The notes below the pieces were generated by a model. That model worked only from the letters and a program-made list of their open reading frames with translations, searched no databases and had not been told where the DNA came from. Both the position numbers and the translations under genes were made by a program. Below, piece by piece: positions 9,793-19,164 of a stretch of DNA of 64,000 nucleotides; positions within the stretch are counted from its first letter, which is position 1; every line of letters begins with the position of its first letter. This DNA comes from Haloarculaceae archaeon (lineage in GTDB: Archaea > Halobacteriota > Halobacteria > Halobacteriales > Haloarculaceae): assembly GCA_036625595.1 (NCBI GenBank), contig JAZKTK010000002.1, forward strand, positions 3,552-67,551, given 5' to 3'.

Positions 9793-10260
9793 TCAAGAGT
9801 GTCTGACAGTCTCTGCACCACACACCTCACAGATGCCCAGCAACGCGTCCCGGTCCTCGGTCGGTTCGACCCGAATCTGCTGGCGCTCGCCGCAGTCGGG
9901 ACACTCGCGAACGATTTCGGTTTCGCCGGTTGCTGCGGGCGCGCCGAGTGCGAGCGCGACGACGGGTTCGTCGCTCTCGTTGCGGCCAAGTTGCCACTCG
10001 CCGGGTGCAAATCGAATCGCCTCACCCGCGGACACCTCGACGTCGCCGCCTTCGGTTTCGAACGTCGCAGTTCCCTCCAGCACGTAGAACAGTTCCTCCT
10101 GGTCGGCGTGACGGTGGTAGCCAAAGCCGAAGGTCTCGCCGGGGGCGAGTTCGTAGTGGTTGAGTGCGAGATGCTCCGCACCGAGGGCATGTGAAATCGA
10201 GCGCTTGGCAGTTGCGGGGCTCATCCACGAATCGATGTCATCGAGACTGGTGTGGTCCAT
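9793..10260 (-). CDS. Cupin domain protein with a C-terminal zinc ribbon
   Basis: The cupin motifs are GYHRHADQEELFYVLEG and IRFAPGEW. The C-terminal CPDCG...CEVCG forms a zinc ribbon. Confidence 0.75.
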   Translation of the reverse strand: MDHTSLDDIDSWMSPATAKRSISHALGAEHLALNHYELAPGETFGFGYHRHADQEELFYVLEGTATFETEGGDVEVSAGEAIRFAPGEWQLGRNESDEPVVALALGAPAATGETEIVRECPDCGERQQIRVEPTEDRDALLGICEVCGAETVRHS

Positions 10261-10441
10261 ACGGTAGTGTGTCTCGGCCAGCGCAAATAGCGTATCGGCT
10301 GTGCTGATTCGGTGCAGTCGAACCCGCGCCGTCGGGCAAACGTGCCAACACTCCAGCAGGAATTCCGCCGAGGGCGGCAGTGTGGCCGAAAAAGGTGAGA
10401 AAGTTTATCCGCGCATACACGCGTAGTTTGATACACAAGAG

Positions 10442-12406
10442 ATGGTCGATGGGAACGACGCGGGACTGAGTACACATCAGCCCGCGGACGAACGGCTCTC
10501 GCCCCCCGAGTCGTTCATCGAACAGGCGAACGTCACCGACGAGTCGGTGTACGAAGAGTTCGAGGAGAACTGGCCCGACGCGTGGGACCGCGCGGCCGAC
10601 CTCCTCGACTGGGAAGCGGACTACGACCAGATACTCACCGAGGAAAACGACGCGTACCGGTGGTTCACCGGCGGGTCGCTCAACGCCTGTACGAACTGCG
10701 TCGACCGGCACCTGCCCGAACAGAAAAACCAGCGCGCGCTCGTCTGGGAGGGACAACTGGGCGAACGCCGCAGTTACACGTATCTCGAACTCTACCGCGA
10801 GGTGAACGAGTTCGCGGCCGCGCTCCGGTCAATTGGTGTCGAAGAGGGAGACATCGTCACGTTGTACATGCCGATGATTCCGGAGTTGCCGGTCGCGATG
10901 CTGGCGTGTGCTCGCATCGGCGCGCCCCACTCGGTCGTCTTCGCGGGTTTTTCGGCGGACGCGCTCGCGACACGGATGGACTCGGCTGACTCGGAGTATC
11001 TGGTCACCTGTGACGGCTACTACCGGCGCGGCGACGCCGTGACACTGAAAAACAAGGCAGACACCGCGAGTGCGGCCGTCGACCAGAACGTGACATCAGT
11101 CGTCGTCGACCGACTGGACGGCTACGAGTGTACCCTCGGCGACGACGAACACGACTACGCCACGCTCGTCGAGGCCCACGAGAGCGAGCGAGTGACCCCT
11201 GTCGAACGGGATGCGACCGACGACCTCTTTCGCATCTTCACTTCCGGGACGACCGGTGAGCCGAAGGGGGTCACCCACACGACCGGCGGATACCTCTCCT
11301 ACGTCGCGTGGACCTCCCATGCGGTGCTGGACATCAAACCCGAAGACACCTACTGGTGTTCGGCGGATATCGGCTGGATTACCGGCCACTCCTACATCGT
11401 TTACGGGCCACTCGCACTCGGAACGACGACGGTACTGTACGAGGGAGCGCCAGACCACCCCGAAAAGAACCGCCTCTGGGAGATTATCGAACGGCAGGCA
11501 GTCGACGTGTTTTACACCGCGCCCACGGCGATTCGGGCGTTCATGAAGTGGGGCGAAGAGTATCCCGACAAACACGACCTCTCCTCGCTTCGCCTGCTCG
11601 GCACGGTCGGCGAGCCGATTAATCCGCGCGCATGGAAGTGGTACTACAAACACATCGGCAACGAAAACTGCCCCATCGTCGACACCTGGTGGCAGACCGA
11701 AACTGGCGGGGTCCTCATCACCACACTTCCTGCTATCACGGACATGAAACCCGGCTCTGCCGGGCCGCCGCTGCCGGGAATCAGCGTCCGAATCGTCGAC
11801 GGCGACGGCGAGGAGGTACCGCCCGGAGACGGCGGGTATCTGGTGGTCGACAAGCAGTGGCCGGGGATGCCACGGGAACTCTGTGAAGGACGGGCGTGGG
11901 CCGCCGACGCGGGTGCCGTTGCATCGCCACCCGAGGACGCAGACTGGTCCTATCGAACCGAGGACGGGGCCCTTGCCGACGAAGATGGGTACGTCACCAT
12001 CCTGGGACGGGTCGACGACGTCATCAACGTCTCGGGCCACCGATTCGGGACGATGGAAATCGAGTCAGCAATCGTCGACGTCAAAGGAATCGCCGAAGCG
12101 GCCGTCGTCACCGGCACCCACGATATCCGCGGCAAGGCCATCTACGCGTACGTCAGCACGGAAGACGACTACGAGGACACCGATGGGTTGCGTCAGGCAG
12201 TCGTCGACGCCGTCGAAGACGCCATCGGCCCGATTGCCCGCCCGAAGGCGGTCGTGTTCTCGCCGGACCTCCCGAAAACACAGTCGGGCAAAATCATGCG
12301 TCGCCTGCTCGAAGATATCGCCAACGGCGAGGAACTGGGCGATTTGAGCGCGCTCAGAAATCCGGAAGTCGTCGGAGAAATCGAATCGGCAGTTCGGAGC
12401 GACTGA
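10442..12406 (+). CDS. acs: Acetyl-CoA synthetase (AMP-forming), paralog 1
   Basis: Full-length ACS pattern: FIEQANV..YEEFEENWPDAW, YMPMIPE, FTSGTTGEPKGV, DTWWQTETGG, and PKTQSGKIMRRLL carrying the conserved catalytic Lys. Confidence 0.9.
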   Translation: MVDGNDAGLSTHQPADERLSPPESFIEQANVTDESVYEEFEENWPDAWDRAADLLDWEADYDQILTEENDAYRWFTGGSLNACTNCVDRHLPEQKNQRALVWEGQLGERRSYTYLELYREVNEFAAALRSIGVEEGDIVTLYMPMIPELPVAMLACARIGAPHSVVFAGFSADALATRMDSADSEYLVTCDGYYRRGDAVTLKNKADTASAAVDQNVTSVVVDRLDGYECTLGDDEHDYATLVEAHESERVTPVERDATDDLFRIFTSGTTGEPKGVTHTTGGYLSYVAWTSHAVLDIKPEDTYWCSADIGWITGHSYIVYGPLALGTTTVLYEGAPDHPEKNRLWEIIERQAVDVFYTAPTAIRAFMKWGEEYPDKHDLSSLRLLGTVGEPINPRAWKWYYKHIGNENCPIVDTWWQTETGGVLITTLPAITDMKPGSAGPPLPGISVRIVDGDGEEVPPGDGGYLVVDKQWPGMPRELCEGRAWAADAGAVASPPEDADWSYRTEDGALADEDGYVTILGRVDDVINVSGHRFGTMEIESAIVDVKGIAEAAVVTGTHDIRGKAIYAYVSTEDDYEDTDGLRQAVVDAVEDAIGPIARPKAVVFSPDLPKTQSGKIMRRLLEDIANGEELGDLSALRNPEVVGEIESAVRSD

Positions 12407-12552
12407 GTCCGCCGAATTTCGCGTTTGGTGTGGGAAACGAAAACAATAGCGGATATAGACGCGGTTATTAATTATCATAATTGAGGTAGCGAAGGTGACG
12501 AGCCGGCGAAAGACCTTTACAACAGTTTCGCATACGCCCTGTAAGTCGAAGT

Positions 12553-14283
12553 ATGGCAGAAGCTGCAGAGGAGATTCGCCTGACAGAGCGAGAGTACGAG
12601 CAACTGCGTCAGTCGACGGAGACGTACCGCGAGGAACTGCTCGTGCGCCTCTGTGGCGAGGTGGGGCTCCGTGCAACCGAAATTCCGCGTCTCAAGCCTG
12701 CGGACGTGCAGAGTCTCGGTGGAGAGGGGCGGACCCAGTACTTCATCACAGTCCACGAAGGCGACAGTGGGACGCGAGAAGCGTATCTGCCACCGCGTGT
12801 CGCACACGATTTCTGGCAGTACGTCCGGAGCAACGACATCGAAACGGACCAGCCGGTTATCGACGTGTCGGCACGGCGGGTACAGATGCTCGTCGGTGAA
12901 GTCGGTGAACGAGCCGCAGAGTGGGCAGGACGGCCCACGCTCGCATCGGTGACACCCTCTATCCTCCGCCGGTATTTCGCCCAGCAGTTACTGGTCAGCA
13001 AAGGAGTTGACCCACGAATCGTGACCACTATCGGCGGCTGGGAAGGCGTCGACGGACTGCTCCCGCCGCTGGAGGAACCGCCGCGCGACGAGATTTCAGC
13101 GGCATTCGAACGGCTCGAAGACGGGCAACACGGAGCCGGGAAATCGGCCCGTCTTCGAGCGGTCGTCAAGACACTCGACGAAGTCGGCGAGGGACTCTCG
13201 GCAGCGGGCTCGAGAGGCGAGATAGAGGACAGCGTCTGCCAGACAATCGTCGCCGACGAAACCTACGAAGCGGCGTGGGTCACCGAGCGCGAGCGCCACC
13301 GCGAGCGCATCGACGTGCGCACGCACGCGGGAGAAGACCCGGAACGGTTCGACGGCGAGGGTGATACGACGCTCATCAGACAGGCACTCCAGAGCAACCG
13401 CGTTCTGGTCGCACCTGACAGACCACAGCCGGGAGCCGCCGAACGGGGACTGCTCGCAGCGATTCCGCTGGTCCACGGAGAGACGACCTACGGTGCGCTC
13501 GTGGTCCGTGCGGACACGCGCGGTGCGTTCGACGACCCCGAGCGGACAGCGCTTGCAGACCTCGGACGGCGTATTGGGCTAACGATCACTGCGACCGAGC
13601 GGCGCCAGTTACTACTCGGCGACACCGTCGTCAGGCTCACACTGCAGTACACCAATCGGTCGGCGGTTCTCGTCGACCTCTCGCGGACGCTCGACTGCGA
13701 TATCGAACTGACGGGCGTCGTGGCTGCCGACGCCCACTCGCTGTTGTGTTTCGTCACCGTCGACGGAACCGCTCCGGAGACGGTGTTGAACTGGGTGTCA
13801 GAAACTGACAGTGTGGGCGATGCACGCCTTATCCGGAGCTTCGAAGACGGGGCGCTGCTCGAGATGGTCATCGAGAGCGACTCACCGGCGCTTGCACTGA
13901 CCGAGCGCGGCGGAACAGTTACCGAACTCGGTGTCGAGAGCGGAACGGCGACGATAGTGACGGAGTTCGCTCCGAACGTCGGCGTTCGCCCGCTGATAGA
14001 CGAACTGAACCGACAGTTCCCCTCCGTCGAGTTGCGGAGCAAACAGGAGGTCACACCGACCGACCAGACGCCCGCTGGCTTCCGGGAATCGATAGACGAA
14101 AAGCTTACCGAGAAACAGCAGTCGGTGTTGCGGGCAGCGTATCACGCCGGATACTTCGAGTGGCCGCGCGGCTCGACCGCAGAAGAACTCGCCGAGTCGA
14201 TGGACATCTCCTCGCCGACACTCCACAACCACCTGCGGCGCGCCCAGCAGAAACTCCTCGGCGTCGCCTTCGACGACGAGTGA
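12553..14283 (+). CDS. Transcription regulator: degenerate tyrosine-recombinase-like domain + GAF + BAT + HTH_10 (Bat-type)
   Basis: The N-terminus aligns by eye to the integrase catalytic fold (GLRATEI..., TPSILRRYFAQ, IGGWEGVD), but the His and Tyr positions are replaced. The middle is GAF-like (…IPLVHGETTYGALVV…). The C-terminus LTEKQQSVLRAAYHAGYFEWPRGSTAEELAESMDISSPTLHNHLRRAQQKLL is a classic HTH_10. Confidence 0.8.
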   Translation: MAEAAEEIRLTEREYEQLRQSTETYREELLVRLCGEVGLRATEIPRLKPADVQSLGGEGRTQYFITVHEGDSGTREAYLPPRVAHDFWQYVRSNDIETDQPVIDVSARRVQMLVGEVGERAAEWAGRPTLASVTPSILRRYFAQQLLVSKGVDPRIVTTIGGWEGVDGLLPPLEEPPRDEISAAFERLEDGQHGAGKSARLRAVVKTLDEVGEGLSAAGSRGEIEDSVCQTIVADETYEAAWVTERERHRERIDVRTHAGEDPERFDGEGDTTLIRQALQSNRVLVAPDRPQPGAAERGLLAAIPLVHGETTYGALVVRADTRGAFDDPERTALADLGRRIGLTITATERRQLLLGDTVVRLTLQYTNRSAVLVDLSRTLDCDIELTGVVAADAHSLLCFVTVDGTAPETVLNWVSETDSVGDARLIRSFEDGALLEMVIESDSPALALTERGGTVTELGVESGTATIVTEFAPNVGVRPLIDELNRQFPSVELRSKQEVTPTDQTPAGFRESIDEKLTEKQQSVLRAAYHAGYFEWPRGSTAEELAESMDISSPTLHNHLRRAQQKLLGVAFDDE

Positions 14284-14563
14284 GGATGGGTAGTGTACGC
14301 ACACCCCATGAGAATCGATGACACTAGGTGTCTAGGGACTGGAGAGCCAAAGACGTTCCCCGAGGCCACAAATCGCTGATGGCGTCTCGGGACCAGTGGC
14401 GGGCAACGAAGTGGACAGATACGGGTATATAAAAATATGCGTTAACGACAATATTTTACAGTAATAATCGCCCATAATTTTCACATTGTTTTCCCGGAAT
14501 AATGTAAAATTGGGATAATTAGCGCTGTTCCTTAATATGGAGGTTGATGGAGGAGTGTCTGCA

Positions 14564-16543
14564 ATGTCAGACGACGACGAACTCGACGTAGAACTTGAGG
14601 CTCGGCTCGAAGAACAGGAGGAATTCGAGCCACCGGAATCGTTTGTCGAACAGGCAAACGTCACAGACGAGGGGATTTACGAGGAATTCGAGGAGAACTG
14701 GCCGGATGCGTGGGAACAGGCGGCCGACCTCCTCGACTGGGAGAGCGAGTACGACACCGTACTCGACGAGAGCGAAGCGCCGTTTTACAAGTGGTTCACC
14801 GGTGGGTCGCTCAACGCATCGGAGAACTGCCTCGACCGGCACCTCGACGAACGTGGTGACGAAGCCGCAATCGAATGGATTGGCGAACTCGGGGAAGAAC
14901 GCACGTACACGTACGAAGACCTCCATCGTGAGGTGAACGAGTTCGCGGCTGTGCTCCGTGACCAGGGCGTCCAGGAAGACGACGTGGTGACGATGTACAT
15001 GCCGATGATTCCAGAGCTGCCCATCGCGATGCTGGCGTGTGCCCGCATCGGCGCACCTCACGCCGTTGTTTTCGCGGGCTTCTCCGCAGATGCACTCGCG
15101 ACACGGATGAACGCCGCCGACTCGGAGCACCTCGTCACCTGTGACGGCTACTACCGGCGTGGTGACCCGCTTCAGCACCTCGACAAGGCCGAAGAGGGAC
15201 TCGAATCGGTCGACCAGGACGTGACCTCGATTGTCGTCGACCGCCTCGAAGACGACTTCGACCACGACCTCGGTCCGAGCCAGCACGACTACCACGACCT
15301 GCTGGCAGACCAGGAAGGCGCGACGGTCGAGCCGGTCAGCCGCGACGCCGAGGACATGCTGTTCCTGATGTACACGTCGGGAACCACGGGCAAACCGAAG
15401 GGTGTCAAACACACCACCGCAGGATACCTGGCCTACGCCGCCTGGACTTCCCACGCGGTGCTGGACATCAAGCCCGAGGACACCTACTTCTGCTCGGCAG
15501 ACATCGGCTGGATTACCGGCCACTCCTACATCGTCTACGGGCCACTCGCGCTCGGGACGACCTCGGTTATGTACGAGGGAACGCCGGACTACCCGGACAA
15601 AGACCGGATGTGGGAAATCGTCGACGACCACAACGTCAACCAGCTGTACACCGCGCCCACGGCGATTCGGGCGTTCATGAAGTGGGGCGAGGAGTACCCC
15701 AACAAACACGACCTCTCCTCGCTTCGCCTGCTCGGCACGGTCGGCGAGCCGATTAATCCGCGCGCATGGAAGTGGTACTACAAACACATCGGCAACGAAA
15801 ACTGCCCCATCGTCGACACCTGGTGGCAGACCGAAACTGGCGGGATGATGGTGACCACCATCCCCGCAATCAAGAACATGAAACCCGGCTCTGCCGGGCC
15901 GCCGCTGCCGGGAATCAGCGCGGATATCGTCGACGAGAAGGGGTCCCCGGTCGAGGCCGGCCGCGCGGGCTATCTCGTCGTCAACAAGCCGTGGCCCGGG
16001 ATGCTCCGGACGCTGTACAAAAACGACGAGCGATTCATCGACGAGTACTGGGACGAGTACTCGATTCCGGAGAAAGACCAGTGGGTCTACTTCCCGGAAG
16101 ACGGTGCGAAAATCGACGACGACGGCTTCATTACCGTGCTCGGACGCGTCGACGACGTCCTCAACGTCTCCGGACACCGCCTGGGAACGATGGAAATCGA
16201 ATCAGCAATCGTCGGTGTTCCCGGCGTCGCGGAAGCAGCAGTCGTCGGGGGCGACCACGAGATGAAAGGCGAAGCAGTTTACACCTACGTCATCACCGAG
16301 GATGGCTACGAAGGTAACGAAGAACTTCGCCAACAGATTATCGAAGCCGTCGAGGACAGCATCGGCCCGATCGCACGGCCCGAGGCAGTCGTGTTCACAC
16401 CCGAACTGCCCAAGACGCGCTCGGGCAAAATCATGCGCCGCCTACTCGAGGACATCGCCAACGGCGACGAACTCGGGAACACGTCCACGCTGCGTAATCC
16501 AGAAGTCGTCGAGGACATCGCCAAAAAGGCGCAAGACGACTAA
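14564..16543 (+). CDS. acs: Acetyl-CoA synthetase (AMP-forming), paralog 2
   Basis: It carries the same ACS motifs as paralog 1 (YTSGTTGKPKGV, DTWWQTETGG, PKTRSGKIMRRLL). I prefer the ATG at 14564; an alternative in-frame ATG lies at 14537. Confidence 0.9.
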   Translation: MSDDDELDVELEARLEEQEEFEPPESFVEQANVTDEGIYEEFEENWPDAWEQAADLLDWESEYDTVLDESEAPFYKWFTGGSLNASENCLDRHLDERGDEAAIEWIGELGEERTYTYEDLHREVNEFAAVLRDQGVQEDDVVTMYMPMIPELPIAMLACARIGAPHAVVFAGFSADALATRMNAADSEHLVTCDGYYRRGDPLQHLDKAEEGLESVDQDVTSIVVDRLEDDFDHDLGPSQHDYHDLLADQEGATVEPVSRDAEDMLFLMYTSGTTGKPKGVKHTTAGYLAYAAWTSHAVLDIKPEDTYFCSADIGWITGHSYIVYGPLALGTTSVMYEGTPDYPDKDRMWEIVDDHNVNQLYTAPTAIRAFMKWGEEYPNKHDLSSLRLLGTVGEPINPRAWKWYYKHIGNENCPIVDTWWQTETGGMMVTTIPAIKNMKPGSAGPPLPGISADIVDEKGSPVEAGRAGYLVVNKPWPGMLRTLYKNDERFIDEYWDEYSIPEKDQWVYFPEDGAKIDDDGFITVLGRVDDVLNVSGHRLGTMEIESAIVGVPGVAEAAVVGGDHEMKGEAVYTYVITEDGYEGNEELRQQIIEAVEDSIGPIARPEAVVFTPELPKTRSGKIMRRLLEDIANGDELGNTSTLRNPEVVEDIAKKAQDD

Positions 16544-16559
16544 CCCCTCTACACAAACA

Positions 16560-17003
16560 ATGACAGACAACGACACAACCGAGCCGACTGATGGCTCGAC
16601 TGACGACGTACGAACCGACGGAGGTGTGGTGTCCCAGGAGCGGTCCACCAACTACCTCGAAACCGAAATAAACATACTGAGTCCGAGTACGCCCTTTATG
16701 CGCGACCACCTCAAGGTGGTCTGGGGCGGCTTCATCGCGTGGCTCCTCATCACATGGGGGCCGTTCCTCGCGACGGTGGCCGCACCCGGAACGATGACTA
16801 CGCAGCTCCCGGTCATCGGCTTCCCGGCGCACTACTTCCTGATCGCGTTCGGCGCGCCGACCGGGTCGCTCATTCTCGCGTTCGTTTACGCGAAAAAGCG
16901 CGACCAGCTCGACGAGAAGTACGGTATCGACCCCGCGGCCGAGGGAGCGACCCAGACCAGCAGTGAGGGCGCTGCTGCCACCGACGGAGGGGTCGACGAA
17001 TGA
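16560..17003 (+). CDS. Small membrane subunit associated with the SSS symporter (DUF4212-like)
   Basis: 147 aa, with an acidic N-terminus and two TM helices (VVWGGFIAWLLITWGPFL, HYFLIAFGAPTGSLILAFVY). Its stop overlaps the start of the symporter gene (ATGA at 17000-17003). The family name is from memory. Confidence 0.7.
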   Translation: MTDNDTTEPTDGSTDDVRTDGGVVSQERSTNYLETEINILSPSTPFMRDHLKVVWGGFIAWLLITWGPFLATVAAPGTMTTQLPVIGFPAHYFLIAFGAPTGSLILAFVYAKKRDQLDEKYGIDPAAEGATQTSSEGAAATDGGVDE

Positions 17004-18640
17004 TAGAGGCAGTACCGCTGCAGGCTGAGGCGCTGGACATCTCGTTCAAGCCGGTCGGCGCGGCCATCGTCATCCTGATGATGCTGTCGTTCCTCGCCAT
17101 CGGCTACTTCTTCAAGGTGGCCGACACCGACGGGATGTGGGTCGCCGGCCGTGGTATCGGGAACATCGAAAACGGGATGGCAATCGGTGCCAACTGGATG
17201 TCCGCCGCGTCCTATCTGGGACTAGCCGGCCTGATTGCCCTCGCGGGCTTTTACGGTCTGGCATTCGTCGTCGGCTGGACGACCGGCTACTTCATCCTGC
17301 TCATCTTCATGGCCGCACAGATGCGCCGGTTCGGGAAGTACACCGCACCGGACTTCGTCGGTGACCGCTTCAATTCATCGACGGCGCGTGCGCTGGCAGC
17401 GTTCACGACGCTGCTCATCGCGTACGTCTACTCGGTCGGGCAGGCCTCCGGGATGGGTCTGGTCGGGCAGTACGTCTTCGGGCTCGACTTCGTCCCGATG
17501 GTCATCGTGATGATGGCCATCACCATCGGCTACCTCGCGCTGTCGGGGATGCTCGGCGCGACGAAGGGGATGGCCGTTCAGTACGTCATCCTCATCGTCG
17601 CCTTCCTCGCAGGCGTGTACGCGGTCGGCTTCTCGCAGGGCTACTCGACGGTTCTGCCACAGATCGAATACGGCGCACTGATCGGCGAACTCAACCGTCA
17701 GTTCTCCGAGCCGTTCGCCGGTGCCGGAGCGTGGCTCTGGGCGAGCACCGCGTTCTCGCTCATCGTCGGGACCTGCGGGCTCCCGCACGTCCTCGTGCGC
17801 TTCTACACGGTCGAAAGCGAGCGGACCGCCCGCTGGTCGACCGTGTGGGGACTGTTCTTCATTCTGCTGCTGTACTGGGCCGCACCCGCGATGGCCGCGT
17901 TCGGTGTCGACCTCTTCGAGACCACGCAGGGTGCCAGCGCCTTCGCCGCCGAGGGCGGCATGACCGGCGCGGAAGGTGACGTCATCGTCGTGCTCGCGGC
18001 GCAGTTCGCGAATCTCCCGCAGTGGTTCGTCGGCTTCGTCGCGGCCGGTGCGATGGCCGCCGCAATCGCGACCACGGCAGGCCTCTTCATCACGGCCTCC
18101 TCCGCGGTCTCACACGACATCTACTCGGAACTCATCAACCCCGACGCGACCCAGCGCCAGCAGGTCCTGCTGGGCCGTGCGACCATCATCGGCATCGGTG
18201 CGCTGGTCACCCTGACCGCGCTGGACCCGCCGGCGCTCATCGGACAGCTCGTCGCGCTGGCGTTCTCGCTGGCGGGCATGGTGCTGTTCCCGATGTTCTT
18301 CCTCGGTCTCTGGTGGGAGAACGCGAACCGCCAGGGCGCACTCGCCGGGATGATCACCGGGCTGGCACTCTGGACGCTCGCGACAATCAACACCACCGTC
18401 CTCGCCGAGCCGTTCAGCCCGCTGCTCGCCGAGTGGGTGCCCGGCATCGGCGCGGCACTCATCGGCACGCCGCTTGTCTTCCTTGTCACCATCGTCGTCT
18501 CGCTGGTGACCCCCGAACCGGACGAGCGGACCAAGCAGATCGTCCGCCAGTGTCACAGTCCCGAGCCGATGGGACAGCAACAGACCGCCGAAGACGTCGT
18601 CGCTGCCGACGGGGGCCAGGAGACCCCCGCGGACGACTAA
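17000..18640 (+). CDS. Sodium:solute symporter family permease, probable acetate/monocarboxylate transporter (ActP-like)
   Basis: 546-aa polytopic membrane protein with SSS-type features (…GIGNIENGMAIGANWMSAASYLGLAG…, ...GLPHVLVRFYT…). It is translationally coupled to the small subunit and lies downstream of acs. Confidence 0.8.
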   Translation: MIEAVPLQAEALDISFKPVGAAIVILMMLSFLAIGYFFKVADTDGMWVAGRGIGNIENGMAIGANWMSAASYLGLAGLIALAGFYGLAFVVGWTTGYFILLIFMAAQMRRFGKYTAPDFVGDRFNSSTARALAAFTTLLIAYVYSVGQASGMGLVGQYVFGLDFVPMVIVMMAITIGYLALSGMLGATKGMAVQYVILIVAFLAGVYAVGFSQGYSTVLPQIEYGALIGELNRQFSEPFAGAGAWLWASTAFSLIVGTCGLPHVLVRFYTVESERTARWSTVWGLFFILLLYWAAPAMAAFGVDLFETTQGASAFAAEGGMTGAEGDVIVVLAAQFANLPQWFVGFVAAGAMAAAIATTAGLFITASSAVSHDIYSELINPDATQRQQVLLGRATIIGIGALVTLTALDPPALIGQLVALAFSLAGMVLFPMFFLGLWWENANRQGALAGMITGLALWTLATINTTVLAEPFSPLLAEWVPGIGAALIGTPLVFLVTIVVSLVTPEPDERTKQIVRQCHSPEPMGQQQTAEDVVAADGGQETPADD

Positions 18641-18643
18641 CCA

Positions 18644-19117
18644 ATGTACGATAATATACTCGTTCCGACAGACGGTAGTGTGACCTCGGAAGTAGCAGTC
18701 GACAACGCCGTCGACATCGCCGAAAAGTACGGTGCGACGATACACGCACTGTACGTCATCGACGTCGACGCGACCAGTTACGGGCTGGGCACCGAACAGG
18801 TCGACCGCATCCGACAGGGCCACCTCGACGACATGCCCGAGGTGAAAGACGACGCCGACGAAGCGACCAGCTACGTCGCCGCCGCGGCCGAAGAGAGGGG
18901 CGTCGACTACGAAGAGCACATTCGTATCGGCGAACCCGCCCGGGCAATCCGGAACTTCGTCGAAGAGGAGAACATCGACCTCGTCGTCATGGGGTCACAC
19001 GGGCGGTCTGGCCTCTCGCGGGTCATCCTCGGCAGCGTCGCCGAGAAGGTCCTGCGACGGACCCACCTGCCCGTCCTCGTCGTGGACAGTCACGAACTCC
19101 ACGACGACGAGGAGTAA
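18644..19117 (+). CDS. Universal stress protein (UspA family)
   Basis: The N-terminus is MYDNILVPTDGS and the ATP-binding motif is VMGSHGRSGLSRVILGSVAEKVLRRTHLPVLVV. Confidence 0.85.
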   Translation: MYDNILVPTDGSVTSEVAVDNAVDIAEKYGATIHALYVIDVDATSYGLGTEQVDRIRQGHLDDMPEVKDDADEATSYVAAAAEERGVDYEEHIRIGEPARAIRNFVEEENIDLVVMGSHGRSGLSRVILGSVAEKVLRRTHLPVLVVDSHELHDDEE

Positions 19118-19164
19118 CGCTCCACATCGAGTTCCGTCGTCTTCGCGAACCGAACGCGACCGTC

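Noticed and set aside
11870-11960. The divergent segment of acs1 (PRELCEGRAWAADAGAVASPPEDADW) as the product of compensating frameshifts or a pseudogene.
   Set aside because: Neither alternative frame restores the family-typical RT.Y.D.ERF...YW sequence. The frame stays open, and flanking motifs, including the catalytic Lys region, are intact. It looks like genuine divergence of a surface loop.
14567-16177. Very long antisense ORFs opposite real genes: 536 aa opposite acs2, 314 aa at 11096-12040 opposite acs1, 442 aa at 21907-23235, 323 aa at 5803-6774, 269 aa at 18110-18919, 383 aa at 20244-21395 and 402 aa at 57897-59105.
   Set aside because: In GC-rich haloarchaeal DNA, stop codons are rare in the frames opposite genuine genes. 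These products are Arg/Val/Gly/His-rich with high predicted pI and no motifs. The sense-strand products carry unmistakable family signatures and acidic composition.
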